This document shows, in pieces, positions 7,081-10,178 of a stretch of DNA of 10,178 bases. The position numbers and the translations under genes were made by a program. The notes below the pieces were generated by a model. It searched no databases. It was not told the DNA's origin and was given only the letters and a program-made list of their open reading frames with translations. This DNA comes from Promethearchaeota archaeon (GTDB lineage Archaea; Asgardarchaeota; Lokiarchaeia; Sigyniarchaeales; SOKP01): the NCBI GenBank assembly GCA_048938445.1, contig JBHLME010000145.1, positions 1 to 10,178 of the forward strand. Reading direction: 5' to 3'. Within the stretch, counting starts at the first letter, position 1, and each line of letters opens with the position of its first letter.

Positions 7081-8160
7081 ATGACGTTTAATGTTATTAC
7101 ACTTCCAGTCATGGTGCTATTTATTGCAAATGGATTTGGACAGTTGTTTTATGCGATTAACCTCAAAAGGAAGTTCCCCGAAGAACATAATATAATAAAT
7201 AGCTATATTACTTTTGTTTTATGGATCATTGCTGGATTACTATTTCCATTCATTTATTTTACAGATAATTCACGTATTAGATTTTTTCAAGCATTTTCAA
7301 CATTTTTTATCTGTATATTTACACCTGGAATTCTTTTTCTAATACTATTTTATCAATATAGAATTGTTAAGAAGAATCCAGAGATAAAAAAAAGGAGGAA
7401 TTTCTCTATTTTTAAAGAAGAATTTAACCAAAAAAAAAATGAATACCAGAACATAAAAATTAGTAAATTTAAAAAAGACATTCATAGAAAAGCTTTACAT
7501 TTATTTCCAGCAAGTATAATAATTATATTATGGGTGTTTGCCGTCTATATATGGGATGGTTTATGGAATGCAGACCAAATTTGGGGAATAAATGGTGTGA
7601 ATTTTGGAAAATTTTTAATTATCACTGCGGGATATTCCGGAGTTTTAGTATTTGCTGCTTTAGATTACGTGAGATTGTCGTATATTTTTGAAAATCGTAA
7701 TATTTTTCATTTATTACCTGATAATGTCTCAAATTTATTAAAAAAGTCTTTAAATACAAATGAGTTATATGAATTTACGAGGCCTGCTGTTTTTGTCTTA
7801 GTACTCGTTCCTATCTTTTTCTTTCCTTTTGGAATATTCGCAGCCGCAGCCTTAATTGCAACAATTGGAGATGGCGCGGCCTCTATTTTCGGTATAAAGT
7901 TCGGAAAGCGCAATTTTCCTAAAAGTAGTGATAAGACTGTTGTAGGATACATTGCCGGATTTTTAGCTTCAATTGGAATCACTATTCTTTCTCTATGGAT
8001 ATTTGAGAGTGATTTGGTCATGGTTAAAATAATAATAATCGCGTTTGGAGCAGGGATTATGTTCTTTATTATTGACTTCTTAAACCTTAAAATCGACGAT
8101 GATATTTTAAATCCATTATGTTGCGCAATGGTTATGATTTTTCTATATTATTTGATTTAA
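7081..8160 (+). CDS. CTP-dependent membrane lipid kinase (dolichol kinase / phytol kinase / Dgk1, cytidylyltransferase-like family) with extra N-terminal TM segments
   Basis: 359 aa from ATG 7081; the track's TTG at 7006 overlaps the upstream gene and reads through T-tracts. Polytopic protein with RKALH (7486-7500), DYVRL, GDGAASIFGIKFG (from 7867), KTVVG (7933-7947) and IDDD (8092-8103). The substrate cannot be determined from sequence. Confidence 0.85.
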   Translation: MTFNVITLPVMVLFIANGFGQLFYAINLKRKFPEEHNIINSYITFVLWIIAGLLFPFIYFTDNSRIRFFQAFSTFFICIFTPGILFLILFYQYRIVKKNPEIKKRRNFSIFKEEFNQKKNEYQNIKISKFKKDIHRKALHLFPASIIIILWVFAVYIWDGLWNADQIWGINGVNFGKFLIITAGYSGVLVFAALDYVRLSYIFENRNIFHLLPDNVSNLLKKSLNTNELYEFTRPAVFVLVLVPIFFFPFGIFAAAALIATIGDGAASIFGIKFGKRNFPKSSDKTVVGYIAGFLASIGITILSLWIFESDLVMVKIIIIAFGAGIMFFIIDFLNLKIDDDILNPLCCAMVMIFLYYLI

Positions 8161-8176
8161 AATTTAAAAAAACTAA

Positions 8177-8207
8177 ACCTCCTTATCTTTAAGAAGGTAA
8201 TTTTTTT
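8177..8207 (+). terminator. Hairpin plus T7 terminator-like element
   Basis: ACCTCCTTA (8177-8185) pairs with TAAGAAGGT (8190-8198), 8 of 9 pairs, loop TCTT, followed by T7 (8201-8207), 16 nt after the kinase stop. Confidence 0.5.
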
Positions 8208-8301
8208 CTAGATGATTGAAATCTATTAAAAACATTCATAATATTTTAAAATTATCTAAGAATTTAATAATGATATTCTAAGAAAAAAAATAATTAAGAT
8301 A

Positions 8302-8838
8302 ATGAAGCGAGAAGTATTTGAAGAAATTTTTAAAAAGTATGGTATCGAAGATTTTAAATGGATTTCTTCAAAGAATATAAAACTTTCTTATTGGGTTAGG
8401 ATGAAATGCATGTATGGATGTCCAAATTATGGGAAGAAGCCAAGCTGCCCTCCAAACTCTCTGACATTTTCAGAATGCGAGAATTTTTTTAATGAATACG
8501 AGGAAATTGTAATTTTTCACTTTGCTAAGAAGTTTGACAAACCAGAGGAACGCCATGAATGGTCAAGGAAGCTCCATTTGAAATTATTAAAAGTAGAAAG
8601 AGAAGTCTTTCTTTCAGGTTATGTGAAAGCATTTCTTATTTGTCTCGATAGCTGTAAATTATGCTCAGAATGTTTGAAAGATCGAGAGCATTGTAAAAAC
8701 ATCAAGCAGGTACGCCCCACTCCAGAAGCACTCAGCGTTGATGTGTTTTCCACCGTAAAAAGTATAGGATATCCTATCAATGTACTAAAAGATTATACTG
8801 ATGAAATGAATAGATATGCATTCTTATTAGTTGAATAA
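8302..8838 (+). CDS. DUF2284-family predicted metal-binding protein
   Basis: 178 aa with WVRMKCMYGCPNYGKKPSCPP, LLKVEREVFLSGY, SCKLCSEC, C...RPTPEALSVDVFSTV, the Cys pattern I recognise as DUF2284. Confidence 0.85.
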   Translation: MKREVFEEIFKKYGIEDFKWISSKNIKLSYWVRMKCMYGCPNYGKKPSCPPNSLTFSECENFFNEYEEIVIFHFAKKFDKPEERHEWSRKLHLKLLKVEREVFLSGYVKAFLICLDSCKLCSECLKDREHCKNIKQVRPTPEALSVDVFSTVKSIGYPINVLKDYTDEMNRYAFLLVE

Positions 8839-8888
8839 TAGATAAGTTCACTCGGATAATTATTATTTAATTAATAGTTTAAAACTTA

Positions 8889-10178
8889 CTATTGAAAATA
8901 AGCGTCTAATTTTTTAATACCTTTAATCTCCTCAAACGAGATACCTAAAGCATCTAAAACTTGTTCTAAAGCAGATTGTAAAAGTTCCCTATATTTTTTA
9001 GGATCTATGTCTTGAAGTTTAGCTAGCTCTATTGCCTTTGCTCCTATTGAACCTTTACTTTTTATAAAGGAAATGACCTCACCTTTTTGAAATTCTTTTT
9101 TTGTAGCATTTTTCAATTCTAAAGCAGCTCGAACATGCTGGGGTACAACTTTAGTATAACTACTAAGTTTCTTTTGCAATGCAATATTTATTGCATAATC
9201 TTCTAGTGTAAATGTATCGGATTTTCCAATTTTCTTTAAATTATCTCTTACAATTTCGATAATTTCATTTTTTGCTTTTGAAAATTGGTCATCATTAGTA
9301 ATTTCTTTTAATATTTCAATCAATTGGCTAAATACTTTTTTAATGAATTCAGGAGTATTTCGTTTTTTAGCAAGCAATCCCTTGATGTCGACATATTTCG
9401 TTTCCTTATAGATACCAATATAATTCTTCTTTCTTTTAGAAAGAGCTAAAAATTGATAAGTTTTTTCTTCTTCTAAGTCAAGATCTAGCTCTTTTTTACT
9501 CCAATTTGATATTTCATTCATTTGGTTTTTATTAGGATTTAAAAGGAACACACTGTCTGTATCTCCGTAAAGGACTTGTATGCCCATTTCCTCAGCCTTT
9601 TCGATAGTTGCCTTAATAGAATATTGTCCTATTCCAGTTGTGCTTTCTGCTACAGGTAAACAAAACAACGGAAAATTTTGAGATCCAAAAACGCCATATG
9701 AACCATTAATAAACACCTTGAGCGCTTGTTGAATTGTATTATAATAGTCACGAAGCTCAGCAGTTAAATTTTTATCTCCGGATTTAGGTTTAAAATATTT
9801 AACCCTAATATCTCGAAAAAAACCTACAACATATGAGAATATTCCCATCTTATGGGTGCAGACATGATAAGGAATCCCTTTTATTAAATTATCCGTACAA
9901 TCATCGTGAGGACATTGAACAGTTTCATATGAAAGATTATATTCTTTTATGATTGAAGGATATAGGGAAGCAAAATCCATTACAACTACATCATAGTGAA
10001 TGCCTGGCAGAGGGGGTACAACATATGCGCCCTTGAATCCCTTTCCTTCAATTGTAGATTTAGAATAGCCACCTTTTTTTAATTCTGATATTTCTGAACG
10101 ACGAGGTATTAAAAATCCATTTTGTCTATGTTCAAAATAAAAGATATTCTGGATCCATGAGGATATCTGATGCCGAAT
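8889..10178 (-). CDS. polB1: Family B DNA polymerase, archaeal PolB1 type (3' part; continues beyond the window)
   Basis: The frame stays open from 9980 to the window edge (IRHQISSWIQNIFYFEHRQNGFLIP...GKGFKGAYVVPP). Motif A DFASLYPS, motif B QALKVFINGSYG, motif C YGDTDS, KKNY and KGLLAKKRNTP are present. The 'EHR...LIP', 'NLSYETV' and 'KKRNTP' signatures resemble TACK-type PolB1. C-terminal KKLDAYF is PIP-like. Confidence 0.95.
   Translation of the reverse strand: MRHQISSWIQNIFYFEHRQNGFLIPRRSEISELKKGGYSKSTIEGKGFKGAYVVPPLPGIHYDVVVMDFASLYPSIIKEYNLSYETVQCPHDDCTDNLIKGIPYHVCTHKMGIFSYVVGFFRDIRVKYFKPKSGDKNLTAELRDYYNTIQQALKVFINGSYGVFGSQNFPLFCLPVAESTTGIGQYSIKATIEKAEEMGIQVLYGDTDSVFLLNPNKNQMNEISNWSKKELDLDLEEEKTYQFLALSKRKKNYIGIYKETKYVDIKGLLAKKRNTPEFIKKVFSQLIEILKEITNDDQFSKAKNEIIEIVRDNLKKIGKSDTFTLEDYAINIALQKKLSSYTKVVPQHVRAALELKNATKKEFQKGEVISFIKSKGSIGAKAIELAKLQDIDPKKYRELLQSALEQVLDALGISFEEIKGIKKLDAYFQ

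Noticed and set aside
7430-7439. A10 homopolymer as a slippage or phase-variation site
   Set aside because: The frame is intact, it encodes a Lys-rich loop, and such runs are expected at this AT content.
7707-8021. 104-aa minus-strand ORF
   Set aside because: Antisense to the conserved kinase core.
8255-8284. TCTAAGAA direct repeat spaced 22 nt upstream of the DUF2284 gene
   Set aside because: Only two short AT-rich copies, which is insufficient evidence for a binding site.
9978-9980. ATG start giving a 363-aa truncated or split polymerase
   Set aside because: The frame is open and PolB1-like up to the window edge, so this is an internal Met.
1-10178. CRISPR arrays, tRNA/rRNA genes, IS elements, inteins and selenocysteine read-through
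   Set aside because: I saw no regular repeats, GC-rich structured segments, transposase ORFs, intein insertions at polymerase motifs or in-frame TGA interruptions; all intergenic gaps are short and AT-rich.

Overview
Very AT-rich (about 30% GC by eye), gene-dense archaeal chromosomal window. The PolB1-type polymerase, tetraether synthase, GGTGA-type ribosome-binding sites and T-tract terminators point to an archaeon of the TACK/Asgard branch; the low GC suggests Lokiarchaeia-like Asgard (inference only). Gene order: 3' end of a membrane protein (+), nicotinate phosphoribosyltransferase (+), GH38 alpha-mannosidase-family glycosidase (-), small 4-TM protein (-), then divergently tetraether lipid synthase Tes/GDGT-MAS (+), a 90-aa unknown protein (+), a CTP-dependent lipid kinase of the dolichol/phytol kinase/Dgk1 family (+), a DUF2284-type Cys-rich protein (+), and the 3' part of family B DNA polymerase PolB1 (-). 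I found no RNA genes, mobile elements or CRISPR. The best lead is a possible ether-lipid synthesis and recycling locus: tes, a small partner that shares short motifs with the Tes tail, a lipid kinase, and a divergent glycosidase with a hydrophobic insertion. This Tes also appears to carry Phe at the active-site Tyr position.
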